DNA from: Candidatus Odinarchaeota archaeon
Lineage (GTDB): Archaea > Asgardarchaeota > Odinarchaeia > Odinarchaeales > Odinarchaeaceae
DNA length: 6,708 bases
Direction of reading: 5' to 3'
Assembly (NCBI GenBank): GCA_038826135.1
Contig: JAWBON010000063.1
Coordinates: 1 to 6,708, forward strand
Shown here: positions 5,868 through 6,708 of the stretch, one piece after another
Layout: each line of letters starts with the position of its first letter
Numbering within the stretch: position 1 is the stretch's first letter
Program-made: the position numbers and the translations under genes
Notes under the pieces: generated by a model
Databases searched by the model: none
What the model was told of the DNA's origin: nothing
The model's input: only the letters and a program-made list of their open reading frames with translations

Positions 5868-5924
5868 TAGCTTGAGTATTTTAAGACTCAATCACAGGTT
5901 ACAAGTGATTGGTTAAGACAGCTA
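5868..5924. other. Candidate structured element (two adjacent hairpins inside a closing stem); possible small ncRNA or operator array
   Basis: TTGAGT(5872-77)/ACTCAA(5886-91), CAATCAC(5889-95)/GTGATTG(5905-11) and outer TAGC(5868-71)/GCTA(5921-24). Confidence 0.35.
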
Positions 5925-5932
5925 CAGTTTTA

Positions 5933-5940
5933 TTTAAATA
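5933..5940 (+). promoter_or_regulatory. Candidate TATA box for the beta-CASP gene
   Basis: TTTAAATA begins 44 nt upstream of ATG 5977. Confidence 0.5.
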
Positions 5941-5955
5941 GAACACTATGTATAA

Positions 5956-5968
5956 CCTGTTAAACAGG
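5956..5968. repeat. Perfect palindrome CCTGTT-A-AACAGG across the expected transcription start of the beta-CASP gene
   Basis: 6-bp perfect arms with a 1-nt spacer, centred 29 nt downstream of the TATA start and ending 8 nt before the ATG. Confidence 0.55.
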
Positions 5969-5976
5969 CGGGTTGA

Positions 5977-6708
5977 ATGAAGCTTATATGGGATAACGGT
6001 CTTATAATAGAGTCTGAAACTAGGAGAGTTATTTTAGACCCTCAGATAAAGCATGTTAGATCAGATTTAACTCTTATATCACACGCTCACATAGATCATA
6101 TTCAAGGCTTAAACCCGGAGCATACTTTAATTTCAAGCAAAGAGACATATGAGATATTAAAGGCAAGAGTAGCATGCTCTTCTAAAAAACATATTCAATT
6201 AAACCGTCGGCAATTATATGAAGACACGGATTTTAAGATAACCCCTTATAATTCAGGTCATGTGTTAGGCTCATTCCAGTACTTTATTGAAAGCGAAGAG
6301 GGGTCAATCCTGTACTCCTCAGATATTAACTGTGTTAGAAGCTTAACTACCCCTGAAGCGGAAAGCGTAGAAGCGGAGACTCTTATATTAGAGTCAACCT
6401 ACGGTAGACCCGAGTACGCTCTACCGCCCAGAGAAGAAATATATGTGGAAATCGTGGAATGGTGTCTGCGAACACTTAGCGAAGGTAAAATCCCTGTTTT
6501 TAAAGCTTATTCTCTAGGTAAAAGCCAGGAGCTTATTAAATTAGTAAACAATTATCTTCAGATCCCTGTTATAGTTGACCCGTATATAGCTGCAATAAGT
6601 GAAGTTTATGATAAAAGCGGTGTCAGACTTAAGTTTCTCACTCAAGGTGAGGAGGAGGCTGAGCGTTTTCTAAACCAAAAATCAGGTATTCTAATAGTCT
6701 CCTCTTTT
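5977..6708 (+). CDS. Metallo-beta-lactamase / beta-CASP family nuclease (COG1236-like), 3' end outside the window
   Basis: Manual translation gives 244 uninterrupted codons: MKLIWDNG...ILDP...SHAHIDH (HxHxDH)...SGHVLGS...YSSD...LILESTYG...AYSLGKSQE. It is missing from the ORF track, presumably because there is no stop codon in the window. Confidence 0.92.
   Translation, partial: MKLIWDNGLIIESETRRVILDPQIKHVRSDLTLISHAHIDHIQGLNPEHTLISSKETYEILKARVACSSKKHIQLNRRQLYEDTDFKITPYNSGHVLGSFQYFIESEEGSILYSSDINCVRSLTTPEAESVEAETLILESTYGRPEYALPPREEIYVEIVEWCLRTLSEGKIPVFKAYSLGKSQELIKLVNNYLQIPVIVDPYIAAISEVYDKSGVRLKFLTQGEEEAERFLNQKSGILIVSSF

Noticed and set aside
5905-5942. Possible SECIS-like hairpin (GUGA...GA) that could recode the translin/sepS UGA
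   Set aside because: The stem is weak and GU-rich, the GA quartet does not register properly, it overlaps the beta-CASP TATA box, and no Sec-type residue context exists at the UGA.

Overview
AT-rich archaeal chromosomal segment devoted to translation, tRNA and RNA processing. I see no mobile element, CRISPR array, tRNA or rRNA. Gene order: a partial MJ1316/DUF504 RNA-cyclic-end-recognition gene on the minus strand (1..78, absent from the ORF track); a proteasome beta subunit with Ala in place of the catalytic Thr1; a convergent DUF1152-like gene; taw1/TYW1 (4-demethylwyosine synthase); a tightly packed translin/TRAX-like nuclease, SepRS (sepS) and ZPR1 unit; a 217-bp intergenic region with several inverted repeats; and a partial beta-CASP metallo-beta-lactamase nuclease (5977..>6708, also absent from the ORF track). 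The gene set and the divergent SepRS suggest an Asgard or Bathyarchaeia-like archaeon, but this is inference only. The most notable observations are that the translin and SepRS ORFs are in the same frame separated by a single UGA, that SepRS is clustered with a TRAX-type RNase and the EF1A chaperone homolog ZPR1 rather than with SepCysS, and that a candidate ~57-nt structured RNA lies upstream of the beta-CASP gene.
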